A stretch of DNA of 64,000 bases from a virus (IMGVR_UViG_3300012347_000377:160001-224000), one strand, 5' to 3'. Positions 1 to 9,543 are shown, counted from the first letter of the stretch. Notes: generated from the letters alone by a model not told the origin. Made by a program: numbers and translations.

Positions 1-1
1 T

Positions 2-901
2 AAGGGTAGAGGAATTGTTTCGGGTTCATCTCAAATTACTTACGCTTCAATCTCTTCAATTCCAGCAGGTATTGTTTCGGGTTCTGCACAAGTAACTCCT
101 TTATTACCATCGGGTGTTGTTAGTGGTTCATCGCAAGTAACTTACGCTTCAATCTCATCAATTCCTTCAGGTATTGTTTCAGGTTCAACTCAAGTAACTT
201 CGTTATTACCAGTAGGTGTTGTTAGTGGTTCATCTCAAATTAATTTAGCAAGTGTGAATGGTAATTCTACTTCAAACGTTACTGAAGGTTCAAACTTATA
301 TTACACAGATGCTAGAGTTAAAACTAAATTAAATGCTGATGCAGTAGTTAGTGGTTCATCTCAAATTTCACATGATTCAACAACTGGCTTTGTTGCAAAC
401 AAACATATTGACCACACCGCAGTTTCAATCACTGCAGGAAATGGTTTAACTGGTGGTGGTGATATATCATCAACAAGAACACTTAATGTGGTTGGTGGAA
501 ATGGTATTAGTGTAAATGCAGATAATATTGAATTAGCTGGAACATACACTGGAACATGGGCAGTAACAGGTGGAATTACCGCAACTGCTGACGTTGTTGC
601 TTACGCATCTTCAGATAGAAGATTAAAGGATAATATTAAGAATATCGAAAATCCAATCGAAAAAGTTCAACAATTAAATGGTGTAACTTGGGAATGGAAT
701 TCTAACGCTGATGAATTACAACAATCTTTACCAACGGTAGGGGTTATTGCACAAGAAGTTGAAGAAGTTCTACCACAATTGGTTCACGATAGAGAAAATG
801 GTTATAAAGGTGTTGATTACGCTAAATTAACTGGTCTTTTAATTGAAGCAATCAAAGAACAACAAAAACAAATTGACGAATTAAAGTCAAAATTGCAATA
901 A
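2..901 (+). CDS. Tail fibre C-terminal part with intramolecular chaperone (peptidase S74) domain; 5'-truncated by window edge
   Basis: Frame is open from base 2 (KGRGIVSGSSQ...), so the track start at 254 is internal. Contains (I/V)VSGSxQ repeats, TEGSNLYYTDARV, and a C-terminal SSDRRLKDNI...GVIAQEVEEVLP...VDYAKL...coiled coil typical of S74 chaperones. Confidence 0.85.
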   Translation, partial: KGRGIVSGSSQITYASISSIPAGIVSGSAQVTPLLPSGVVSGSSQVTYASISSIPSGIVSGSTQVTSLLPVGVVSGSSQINLASVNGNSTSNVTEGSNLYYTDARVKTKLNADAVVSGSSQISHDSTTGFVANKHIDHTAVSITAGNGLTGGGDISSTRTLNVVGGNGISVNADNIELAGTYTGTWAVTGGITATADVVAYASSDRRLKDNIKNIENPIEKVQQLNGVTWEWNSNADELQQSLPTVGVIAQEVEEVLPQLVHDRENGYKGVDYAKLTGLLIEAIKEQQKQIDELKSKLQ

Positions 902-924
902 AATAATAGAAAAATAAAGGTTAA

Positions 925-950
925 AGCCCCTTCTTATATAAGAAGGGGCT
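925..950. repeat. Perfect 26-bp palindrome between two fibre genes
   Basis: AGCCCCTTCTTAT|ATAAGAAGGGGCT, with no U-tract after it. Confidence 0.9.
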
Positions 951-996
951 ATTACATAACCGAGTAGTTAAATAATGAAAACGGTAAGTCATAAAT

Positions 997-1839
997 ATGG
1001 CACAAGTAGTAAAGCTAAAAAGAACAGCAGTAGAGGGTAAAATCCCAACAACCGCAACTCTAGAATTAGGGGAGTTGGCTATAAATACCTACGATGGTAG
1101 GATATATTTTGAAAAAGACAACGGAATTCCAACCGTTCAACAAATAGTAACAACCGATTCAGTTTCATCTGGTTCTATACAACTTACCGGAATCATATCC
1201 GCATCATACTTCTTAGGTAATGGTTCGGAATTATCATTTGGGGGAACAAACTTAGTTTCATCCTCAGCACAATTAACATCATCATTAGACGAGAGATACT
1301 TAAACACCATAGGTGAACTATTTTCAGGTTCATTTACAGGTGAATACTCTGGTTCATTCATAGGAGATGGGTCTCAATTAACAAATTTACCTGCAGTTGA
1401 AATATCACAAGTTACAACCGTAACTTCTTCGTTTGATAATTTAGAAACAATTGCAGTAAATCATAATTTCAATTCAAAAAATATCATAGTTTCAGTATAT
1501 GGAACGGATGATTCACAGATTATACCAAAATCGGTAAAACTTACCGATAATAATACAACAACAATAAAATTATCATCTCCACATAGTGGGTATATTGTAG
1601 TTGCAAAAGGTGGTCATATAATTTCAAATGAAGATTTAACAACTCACAAAGAAATTGTAAGTGGTAATTCAACTTATACAATTACACATAATTTAAATGA
1701 AGAATATCCATTAGTTCAAGCGTGGAATACTTCAACTAAAAGACAAGAACAACCTTCAATAGTAGAATCTTTAACCGAAAATTCATTATCGATTTCATTT
1801 GCAGGTAATTTTAGTGGTAAAATTATTATTAAAAAATAA
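997..1839 (+). CDS. Tail fibre-like protein (Mtd/hyaluronidase-type N-terminal anchor)
   Basis: N-terminal KLKRTAVEGKIPT...LGELAINTYDGRIY, SGS motifs, and two C-terminal HN(F/L)N beta-repeat domains. Confidence 0.7.
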   Translation: MAQVVKLKRTAVEGKIPTTATLELGELAINTYDGRIYFEKDNGIPTVQQIVTTDSVSSGSIQLTGIISASYFLGNGSELSFGGTNLVSSSAQLTSSLDERYLNTIGELFSGSFTGEYSGSFIGDGSQLTNLPAVEISQVTTVTSSFDNLETIAVNHNFNSKNIIVSVYGTDDSQIIPKSVKLTDNNTTTIKLSSPHSGYIVVAKGGHIISNEDLTTHKEIVSGNSTYTITHNLNEEYPLVQAWNTSTKRQEQPSIVESLTENSLSISFAGNFSGKIIIKK

Positions 1840-1841
1840 TT

Positions 1842-2852
1842 ATGGAATACGATGTATATTACACTACTGGCGGAGGACCGTGGGTAAATGCAGGTTCTGA
1901 TACTTGGGTAAATTTATGGATGGAATTGATTGCACCTAAATTGGATGTAAAACCAATACTTTTAATTCATAGAAACAAACCTAAAGGTAATGAAGATTAT
2001 CAATTTCCCATCGAAACTTATTGGCATGGTGATGATATTGAAAAATTTGAAGAATTATGTAAAGGTGCACGAAGAATAAACATCTTACATGGTCATTATA
2101 CTCCAATGAAATGTATAGTTGATAATAAAGATAAAATTCATTCAAACGTTTTACATAATTCAGTAGACCATATATTAAAATCACAAATCGGAACTGATGC
2201 ATCACTTGCATGGCATCCATATTTAAGTTCTGAATGGGAAAGAGAAGTAAACGAATGGTCATCTAATACAATTTGGGTAGGATTATTTGATATTTTATTT
2301 CCAAATACAAATATTACAAATTTTTACGAATTCAAAAATAATTTAACATTATCTAAATCCAATACGTTGGGTTTTGCTGCAAGATGTGAAGGTAGAAAAA
2401 ATCCACATTATTTAGATGGATTGAAATCTTACATTTTTACAAATTCAGTAGAGTTTAATACAATTTGGAGAGATGGTGTGAAGATTGATACTTCTAAATC
2501 AAAAGTATATCATTACAAGCCAGAATTCAAAAATATCTTTTATACTATGGATTGGGGAATATCACATTCATGTTTTACATCCGAACCATTTGGTTATAGT
2601 ATATTTGAAGCAGTTGATAATGGAAAATTACCAATAATTCATAAGGATTGGTGTAAAGATTTAGAATATCCATATCGAGCTTCGTCTAAAAAGGAATTTA
2701 ATGATATTTATAGTAAGTTAATAAATACCGAATATGATGAACGAAATCGTTGGTTCAATGAAATTAAATCATATATGGTAAATAAATTCACCAATAAAGA
2801 TAAATGGGTAGACCAATTACTTTATATTTATAATAATATAGGAAACAAATAA
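1842..2852 (+). CDS. GT-B fold glycosyltransferase-like protein
   Basis: GGG near N-terminus, ARCEGRKNP, and EPFGYSIFEAVDNGKLP resembling the GT4 ExFG...EA motif. Confidence 0.65.
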   Translation: MEYDVYYTTGGGPWVNAGSDTWVNLWMELIAPKLDVKPILLIHRNKPKGNEDYQFPIETYWHGDDIEKFEELCKGARRINILHGHYTPMKCIVDNKDKIHSNVLHNSVDHILKSQIGTDASLAWHPYLSSEWEREVNEWSSNTIWVGLFDILFPNTNITNFYEFKNNLTLSKSNTLGFAARCEGRKNPHYLDGLKSYIFTNSVEFNTIWRDGVKIDTSKSKVYHYKPEFKNIFYTMDWGISHSCFTSEPFGYSIFEAVDNGKLPIIHKDWCKDLEYPYRASSKKEFNDIYSKLINTEYDERNRWFNEIKSYMVNKFTNKDKWVDQLLYIYNNIGNK

Positions 2853-4112
2853 ATGGCAACATTAACATCAGGCAACACATTAAGTTTACTCGCATTGGCT
2901 TCTGCTACGGCACAAACTACTAAATCTTTATCAGCAGCAAAAGGAAATACAACTGGTCCAATTGCAATGTCATCATTCGCAATCGATTCGGTTGGTTCGA
3001 TAAGTGGATACACTTATGCAGTAGAAGGAACATCTGAAGTATATACATTAGGATTTAATGGAGCTGGTTCTAATTTTAGTAGAATTAGTAGTTTAGGTAA
3101 AAACTTTACTTGGAGTGTTCCCGTAGGTAGTTATATTTCATTAACTACTAATAGTGGTGCATCTGCAACATTCACAGTTTCAAATATGAATCCTCAAGGT
3201 GGTGGTAGTCAAACTTCATTGATGGGAATTCAAACCCATACAATTCGTGCAAAGTTTGCTGACCAATATAATGACCATGCAACTGGGTATGATTCTCTTA
3301 AAGATAAGACAGTTTATTCAGTAGATTCATACGATGGTAATTCAACAGCATTGTGTTTAACCATCGATTCTCCAGTTTTATTAGCAGATGGAACAATTGT
3401 AGAAGCAGGAGATTTGAACGAAGGAGATGTATTAAAAGGATTCTCTATCGGTGGTTTAGGAACTGATTCAGATGGAACATTCTTAGATTGGTCTGCATCT
3501 GAATTATCAAAAACTGAAAAAGATGTAACCATTGTTGGTTTAACATATTCATTTGCATCTCGTTACTACAATATTAATAATGGTGAAGTTACTGCAACTG
3601 CGGAACACCCTATGTTAGTAAAAGATTCAATTACAGGTGATTACTTATTCAAAGAAATGTTCAACTTAGTAGTTGGTGATAAATTAATCAAAGGTGATGG
3701 AACTGAAGTTAGTATCACATCAATTGATACTATTGAGAAAACAACTGAAATTGTTTCTATTGACGTTGAAACTGAAGATACATATATGGTAAATGGATAC
3801 ATTACTCACAATAAAGGTGGTAATACATTCACAGATTTAGCATCACCAGGTGCACCAACATCATTAGCATATGCATCTCCATTTGTAAGTTGGACAGCAC
3901 CAGCATCAGTAGGAACAACTGGTATTACTGCTTACGATATTGATATTGATAATAATTCTGATTTTAGTTCACCTGCACACTCATATACAGAGTGGAGTTC
4001 AACTTCAATTGAGGTAAATACTTTATTGAGTGCAGGAACGTGGTATATCAGAGTTAGAGCTATCGATCAAGGATTAAAAGGAACATACGCAACCTTAACG
4101 TTTACTAGATAA
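2853..4112 (+). CDS. Virion-associated protein with Hint (intein-like) domain and C-terminal FN3-like domain
   Basis: CLTIDSPVLLADG (block A), TATAEHPML (block B TxxH), TYMVNGYITHN (blocks F/G); C-terminal VSWTAP...Y...WYIRVRA FN3 pattern. Confidence 0.8.
   Translation: MATLTSGNTLSLLALASATAQTTKSLSAAKGNTTGPIAMSSFAIDSVGSISGYTYAVEGTSEVYTLGFNGAGSNFSRISSLGKNFTWSVPVGSYISLTTNSGASATFTVSNMNPQGGGSQTSLMGIQTHTIRAKFADQYNDHATGYDSLKDKTVYSVDSYDGNSTALCLTIDSPVLLADGTIVEAGDLNEGDVLKGFSIGGLGTDSDGTFLDWSASELSKTEKDVTIVGLTYSFASRYYNINNGEVTATAEHPMLVKDSITGDYLFKEMFNLVVGDKLIKGDGTEVSITSIDTIEKTTEIVSIDVETEDTYMVNGYITHNKGGNTFTDLASPGAPTSLAYASPFVSWTAPASVGTTGITAYDIDIDNNSDFSSPAHSYTEWSSTSIEVNTLLSAGTWYIRVRAIDQGLKGTYATLTFTR
3354..3812 (+). 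other. Hint domain (153 aa, Cys1...His-Asn, followed by Lys)
   Basis: TGT at 3354 and CAC AAT at 3807-3812; the +1 residue is Lys; no endonuclease insert. Confidence 0.8.
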
Positions 4113-4175
4113 TTTTACGTTTGGGAGAAATCCATATATTTATATATATAGAATACAAACTAACAAATATATAAA

Positions 4176-4454
4176 ATGGCAGAACAAATTAAGTTTACGG
4201 ATGGGGAAATCTCACAAATTAACAAATTAAGAGATGATGTTTCACAAGTTTTTTTAGAATTAGGACAACTACAAGTAGAAAGAAAGAAAAAATTAGATGA
4301 GATTGATGCAATCGAATCTGGATTACTTACTACACATTCCGAATTGGTAGAATTTGAAACAAATCTTTTTAAAACTCTGAATGAGAAGTATGGTGATGGC
4401 AATTACGACCCAAATACTGGTATCTTTACACCCATCTCATTAGAAACGGAATAA
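4176..4454 (+). CDS. Small coiled-coil hypothetical protein
   Basis: 92-aa ORF after an ATATTTATA motif, ending KYGDGNYDPNTGIF. Confidence 0.75.
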   Translation: MAEQIKFTDGEISQINKLRDDVSQVFLELGQLQVERKKKLDEIDAIESGLLTTHSELVEFETNLFKTLNEKYGDGNYDPNTGIFTPISLETE

Positions 4455-4536
4455 TAAAAAATAATCTTTACAAAAAGTAGCTAATACTTATATGTGTATC
4501 ATTACACAACAAAAAATTTAACAGGAGTAATATAAA

Positions 4537-6849
4537 ATGGCAGAAAAAATTGTATCACCTGGTGTATTTACGAGAGAAAATGATCTTTCTTACTTATCAC
4601 AAGGAATCGGAGAAATAGGAGCAGCAATCATCGGACCTTTCGCTAAAGGACCTGCATTCGTTCCAACGATTGTTAATACACAATCTCAATTTGAATCAAT
4701 TTTCGGTGTACCCAATGGTGATTACTATACAGGATATGCCGTTCAAAACTATTTACGTGAAGCAGGGACAGTAACAATTGTTCGTGTTGGTCACGTTGGT
4801 GGTTATACACAAGTAGAACCAAAAGGTATCGCTATTAGTGGTTCTGAAGGAACTACATTAGTAGGTGTGTTAAAATCTACTCATAACTGGACTACATCTG
4901 GTAATGGTGATGCAGTAACAGCATCAATTCAATCTTTACCATCTTCATCTGAATTTAATATTTCAGTAAGTGGTTCAGATTCAGCATATAACTTAACAAT
5001 TTCATCTTCAGTTTTACCTTCAGCAGGTAATGATTTATCTGATGTATTTGGTGAATCTGCAAGAGGAACTAAAGGTGTATATGTATCACAATATTTTGAA
5101 AACGCTGCAACATTACTATCTTCTTCAATTGACGAAGGTGCTAAAGTTGTATTGATTGATTTAGATGATCAAGATTTTACAGATCAAGATGTTTCTTATG
5201 CATCTACTCCTTGGATTCAATCACAAATCATTTCAGGTGAAAGAAGTAACTTATTCCGTTTACATACGTTGGGTGATGGTTCAAACTATAACAAAGAATA
5301 TAAAGTATCAGTATATAACGTAAAAGCAGCAGGTGAATCTAATGCAACTGATTACGCTACATTCTCATTATCAATTAGAGCATACTCTGATACAGATAAA
5401 AGAAAATCAGTATTAGAAACTTATAATAACGTTAATTTAGACCCTGCATCTCCAAACTATATCTTAAAGGTAATTGGTGATAGAAACGTAACTATTGATG
5501 CAAATGGTAAACAAACTGAAAATGGTGATTATGCAAATCGTTCTAAGATAGTTAGAGTAGAAGTTGCAGCAGAAGGTTCATTCCCAATCATCGCAGGACC
5601 ATTTGGACATGAAGCATACCAATCTCCAATCGCAGGTAATGATGCAGAAACTCCGGCAGTAGTATTTACAACTGGTTCTGATTCTAACACAGCATCATCA
5701 TCTACTAAATATAGTGGTATTGATTTAGAATCAACATTGGTTAAAATTGACAACTCTCATTTCTTAGCACCAATTCCAAACGGAGCAGGAAACGGAACAA
5801 ACACTGCATTCGCATTCGATACTGAATTATCTTATGAATTAACTGGTTCTGCAACAGCAGATGTTAATAAAAGACAATTCGTAGTTGGTTTTCAAGGTGG
5901 ATTTGATGGAGTAACTCCAACAATCTCTAATGATAAAGGAACTGATATTTCAGCAGGTAATTCTCAAGGATTCGATTTATCAACATCTACATCAAGTGGT
6001 TCAGTTGCATATTTGAAAGCAATCAATTCGGTTTCCAACCCAGATGATTTCGATATTAACTTAGTAGTTGCACCGGGTATCGTGCGTTACCACCACTCTT
6101 ATGTATTTGATAAGATTATTGATATGGTTGAATCTCGTGAAGATGCATTCTTCATCGGTGATGTAACTGGTCCTGCAGAAGGTCAAGATTTAGCAGTAGA
6201 GCAGGCACAGTCAATCGATTCTAACTACGTTGGAACATATTACCCGTGGATGAAAACAATCGATAGAAACACCAACAAATTAACTGCAGTTCCACCATCA
6301 GTATTGATGCCAGGAATCTATGCAGCGAACGATGCAGTTGCAGCAGAATGGTTTGCACCAGCAGGTTTGAATAGAGGTGGAATCATCGGAGCAGTTTCAG
6401 TATTAGATAGATTAACACATTCAGAAAGAGATTTCTTATATGAGAATAAAGTTAATCCAATCGCTTCTTTCCCTGGTGAGGGTATTGTGGCATTTGGACA
6501 GAAAACTTTACAAGATAAAGCATCTGCATTAGATAGAATCAACGTAAGAAGATTATTAATCAAAGTTAAGAAATATATCGCTTCTACATCTCGTTACTTA
6601 GTATTCGAACAAAATACTGCAACGACTAGAAACAAATTCTTAAATACGGTTAATCCTTATTTAGATGCAATTCAACAAAGACAAGGTTTATATGCGTTCA
6701 GAGTAGTTATGGATGAATCCAACAACACACCTGATGTAATTGATAGAAACATTTTAGCAGGACAAATTTATTTACAACCTACTAAAACTGCTGAATTCAT
6801 TGTGTTAGATTTCAACATCTTACCAACCGGAGCATCATTTACAGCATAA
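4537..6849 (+). CDS. Tail sheath protein
   Basis: SPGVFTREND, WFAPAGLNRG, GQKTL, LDRINVRRL and PTKTAEFI sheath signatures. Confidence 0.95.
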   Translation: MAEKIVSPGVFTRENDLSYLSQGIGEIGAAIIGPFAKGPAFVPTIVNTQSQFESIFGVPNGDYYTGYAVQNYLREAGTVTIVRVGHVGGYTQVEPKGIAISGSEGTTLVGVLKSTHNWTTSGNGDAVTASIQSLPSSSEFNISVSGSDSAYNLTISSSVLPSAGNDLSDVFGESARGTKGVYVSQYFENAATLLSSSIDEGAKVVLIDLDDQDFTDQDVSYASTPWIQSQIISGERSNLFRLHTLGDGSNYNKEYKVSVYNVKAAGESNATDYATFSLSIRAYSDTDKRKSVLETYNNVNLDPASPNYILKVIGDRNVTIDANGKQTENGDYANRSKIVRVEVAAEGSFPIIAGPFGHEAYQSPIAGNDAETPAVVFTTGSDSNTASSSTKYSGIDLESTLVKIDNSHFLAPIPNGAGNGTNTAFAFDTELSYELTGSATADVNKRQFVVGFQGGFDGVTPTISNDKGTDISAGNSQGFDLSTSTSSGSVAYLKAINSVSNPDDFDINLVVAPGIVRYHHSYVFDKIIDMVESREDAFFIGDVTGPAEGQDLAVEQAQSIDSNYVGTYYPWMKTIDRNTNKLTAVPPSVLMPGIYAANDAVAAEWFAPAGLNRGGIIGAVSVLDRLTHSERDFLYENKVNPIASFPGEGIVAFGQKTLQDKASALDRINVRRLLIKVKKYIASTSRYLVFEQNTATTRNKFLNTVNPYLDAIQQRQGLYAFRVVMDESNNTPDVIDRNILAGQIYLQPTKTAEFIVLDFNILPTGASFTA

Positions 6850-6904
6850 GAAATTAAAAAAAAAGAAATTATATATTTATTAGTATAATAGGAGAAAAAA
6901 TAAA

Positions 6905-7393
6905 ATGGCAGAAGTATTAGAATTCAATGATATGTTCTATACCAATTTCGAACCAAAAACGAAAAATCGTTTTATCATGGAAATCGATGGTATTCCTTCA
7001 TATCTTATCAAAACAGCTAACAGACCATCGATTCAGTTTGAAACGATTACGTTAGATCATATCAACGTTAATAGAAAGTTGAAAGGTAAAGGAACTTGGC
7101 AACCAATAGAGATTACTCTTTTTGATCCAATCGTTCCAAGTGGTGCACAGGCAGTAATGGAGTGGGTTCGTTTATCACATGAATCTTTAACAGGTAGAGA
7201 TGGATATGCAGATTTTTACAAAAAAGATATTCAGTGCTATCTATTAGGACCAGTGGGTGATAAAATTGAACAATGGACATTAAAAGGTGCATTCATTGCA
7301 TCGGCTACATTCAATGATTTGGATTGGGCATCAAATGATGTTGTTGAAATCTCACTTACATTAGAATACGATTACGCTATTCTAGAATTCTAA
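6905..7393 (+). CDS. Tail tube protein (T4 gp19-like)
   Basis: Follows the sheath; FEPKTKNRF, GKGTWQPIEIT, WTLKGAF, LTLEYDYA. Confidence 0.9.
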   Translation: MAEVLEFNDMFYTNFEPKTKNRFIMEIDGIPSYLIKTANRPSIQFETITLDHINVNRKLKGKGTWQPIEITLFDPIVPSGAQAVMEWVRLSHESLTGRDGYADFYKKDIQCYLLGPVGDKIEQWTLKGAFIASATFNDLDWASNDVVEISLTLEYDYAILEF

Positions 7394-7415
7394 TCTCACT
7401 ATATACAAAAAAACT

Positions 7416-7446
7416 AAGGTTCTCTTAACGGAGAACCTTTTTTTTT
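7416..7446 (+). terminator. Rho-independent terminator after tail tube
   Basis: AAGGTTCTC-TTAACG-GAGAACCTT followed by a T-run. Confidence 0.85.
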
Positions 7447-7495
7447 CAACTTTTTTATAAAAGTATATTTATATATAAACAAATAAAGGTTAATT

Positions 7496-8263
7496 ATGGC
7501 AAATTTTGAATTTCCAACGGAGGTAATCACACTCCCATCAAAAGGATTAATATATTCCGAAAATAATCCACTATCAAAAGGTTCAGTTGAAATAAAATAC
7601 ATGACCGCAAGAGAAGAAGATATTTTAGCATCACAAAATCTTATTAAAAAAGGCGTGGTGTTAGATAAATTGTTCGAATCAGTTGTAGTATCTGAAGGAG
7701 TTAGTGTAGGTGATATATCAGTAGGTGATAAAAACGCAATCCTTTTAGCAACTCGTATATTAGGATATGGTGCAGATTATAATGTAGAAGTGACTGACCC
7801 ATTTACAGGTGAATCACAAAAAGTAACGATTGATTTAGCAAAAATTCAAACTAAGGAAGTTGATGATTCTTTATTAAATAGAGAAAATCGTTATGAGTTC
7901 GAATTACCAATTTCTAAAAAGAAAATTAAGTTCAAATTACTTACTCACAAAGATGAAATTGATATTAACGCCGAAATCCAAGCATTAAATCGTTTGGTAA
8001 AAGGTGATAGTGTAGTTTCTCAAGATGTATCTACAAGATTGAGATATATGATTCAAGAGGTTGAAGGTAATACTGATAGAGGGTTTATTAACAACTTTGT
8101 TAAAAATAGTTTATTGGCAAGAGAAAGTAAAGCATTAAGAGAATATGTTAGAACCATATCTCCTGATTTGGATTTGAAATACCAATTCACATCAGATTTA
8201 ACAGGTGAATCGGAGGCACTTGATATACCCTTTGGGGTTGGGTTTTTTTACCCTACCGAGTGA
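7496..8263 (+). CDS. Tail/baseplate assembly chaperone (T4 gp26-like)
   Basis: LPSKGLIY...MTAREEDIL...GDKNAILLATRILGYG; lies between tube and tape measure. Confidence 0.75.
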   Translation: MANFEFPTEVITLPSKGLIYSENNPLSKGSVEIKYMTAREEDILASQNLIKKGVVLDKLFESVVVSEGVSVGDISVGDKNAILLATRILGYGADYNVEVTDPFTGESQKVTIDLAKIQTKEVDDSLLNRENRYEFELPISKKKIKFKLLTHKDEIDINAEIQALNRLVKGDSVVSQDVSTRLRYMIQEVEGNTDRGFINNFVKNSLLARESKALREYVRTISPDLDLKYQFTSDLTGESEALDIPFGVGFFYPTE

Positions 8264-8468
8264 TTATAGTGTTCAATTACATAATCAACTATGGGAAATG
8301 GTTAATTATGGAAATGGGTTTACTTGGTCAGAGGTTTATACCATGCCAATACACATTCGAAGATTCTATTTCAAAAAATTAGTGGATACTAAGAAAAAGG
8401 AAAAAGAGGAAATCGATAAAGTAAATAAAAAAGGTGGAACAGGACCTGGAGTGAGAGTGAGGAAATAA
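8241..8468 (+). CDS. Overlapping +1-frame ORF, probable frameshift extension of the chaperone (alternatively starts at ATG 8298 or GTG 8205)
   Basis: Shares the GGGTTTTTTT run with the upstream ORF end; GFTWSEVYTMPIHIRRFY resembles chaperone GT-extension / gp51-like tails. Confidence 0.6.
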   Translation, partial: GFFTLPSDYSVQLHNQLWEMVNYGNGFTWSEVYTMPIHIRRFYFKKLVDTKKKEKEEIDKVNKKGGTGPGVRVRK

Positions 8469-8484
8469 TCCTCACTCTTTTTTT
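8454..8484 (+). terminator. Terminator, copy 1 of a 23-bp direct repeat
   Basis: AGAGTGAGGA-AATAA-TCCTCACTCT followed by a T-run. Confidence 0.85.
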
Positions 8485-8513
8485 GTTAAATACTTATGTT
8501 AAAATAATATAGT

Positions 8514-9251
8514 ATGTTAAAGATATTTGGAGATTCTTTTTCCGCGTTTAGAACCTATCTAACCGATGATAATGTATTAAGTGAGAGTTTACATTGGACA
8601 ACTATTGTGTGTGATAAAATCAATACTAATGGAGTTATTAACTATGCAAGACCGGGTGCAACTAATCAATATATTCTGAATACATTAATCGAACAATTAC
8701 CTAATATTAAAAATGATGATATTGTAATAATAAACACATCGGGTCAGGGTAGAATGCCAGTTGGTGCAAATTATACAAAATCGTTTTTTAATAACAATCC
8801 TAATCTATTTTGTTTATTAACTAATACGGATGTTGGTATAAGTGAGTTTGAACACACCCAAATAAATTGGTATTATAATAATATTTTTTTACCCGATATT
8901 GTAGAATACGATGCAACTATTAACAATATTATCAACATTGCGAATTACATTAATTCAAACGGAAATATTGTAATATTATGGAATTTAACCGCGTTGGGAT
9001 TTGATTCGTTCTTAAATTCTACATTAAATGATAATATTGAAACTTCACCATCTATACAATTTTCAAATTTATGGACACCATCTTCAAATGAAGGTAAGAG
9101 AGGTTGGGTAGATATTATAAATGAAAACAATCTCCAAATGTCATCAGATGATTGTCACCCAAATATTGAAGGAAATCGATATATTGCAAATGAATTCATT
9201 GATGTAATTAAGAAAAATCAACTATCTTATATAAAACCAAATATCATCTAA
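8514..9251 (+). CDS. SGNH/GDSL-like hydrolase (accessory insertion)
   Basis: IFGDSF (block I), ARPGATN, DCHPNIEG (DxH). Confidence 0.7.
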   Translation: MLKIFGDSFSAFRTYLTDDNVLSESLHWTTIVCDKINTNGVINYARPGATNQYILNTLIEQLPNIKNDDIVIINTSGQGRMPVGANYTKSFFNNNPNLFCLLTNTDVGISEFEHTQINWYYNNIFLPDIVEYDATINNIINIANYINSNGNIVILWNLTALGFDSFLNSTLNDNIETSPSIQFSNLWTPSSNEGKRGWVDIINENNLQMSSDDCHPNIEGNRYIANEFIDVIKKNQLSYIKPNII

Positions 9252-9262
9252 TATAAATTGTA

Positions 9263-9293
9263 AGAGTGAGGAAATAATCCTCACTTTTTTTTT
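9263..9293 (+). terminator. Terminator, copy 2 of the 23-bp direct repeat
   Basis: AGAGTGAGGAAATAATCCTCACT, identical to 8454-8476, followed by a T-run. Confidence 0.85.
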
Positions 9294-9334
9294 ACCTTAT
9301 ATTTATATAAGACTTAAAATATATAGGAGAAACA

Positions 9335-9541
9335 ATGTCCAAATCTAAAGAAGTTAATGAAGGTATTATAATGGCAGCTAAGAAGTTTAGTGATGCATTT
9401 TTTGATGGGTTAAAACAAAACGCAGTAGATAGAATGCTTAAAAAAGCAGAAGATGCTAACGTTGATCCCGAAGTATTAAAAACAATGCAAAGAATCAAAA
9501 AAGATTCCGAAGAACTTAAAAAACTACTTAGTATCCGATAA
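9335..9541 (+). CDS. Small hypothetical protein upstream of tape measure
   Basis: 68-aa ORF with GGAG and ATATTTATA upstream; abuts the tape measure gene. Confidence 0.7.
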   Translation: MSKSKEVNEGIIMAAKKFSDAFFDGLKQNAVDRMLKKAEDANVDPEVLKTMQRIKKDSEELKKLLSIR

Positions 9542-9543
9542 TA

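Noticed and set aside
2-250. Repeats as a diversity-generating retroelement TR/VR pair
   Set aside because: They are coding GIVSGSxQ repeats with synonymous variation rather than A-specific changes, and no reverse transcriptase is present.
3354-3812. Mobile, splicing intein
   Set aside because: The +1 residue is Lys, there is no endonuclease, and the host protein is not a conserved enzyme. No inteins or introns were evident in polB, nrdA, dnaB or recA.
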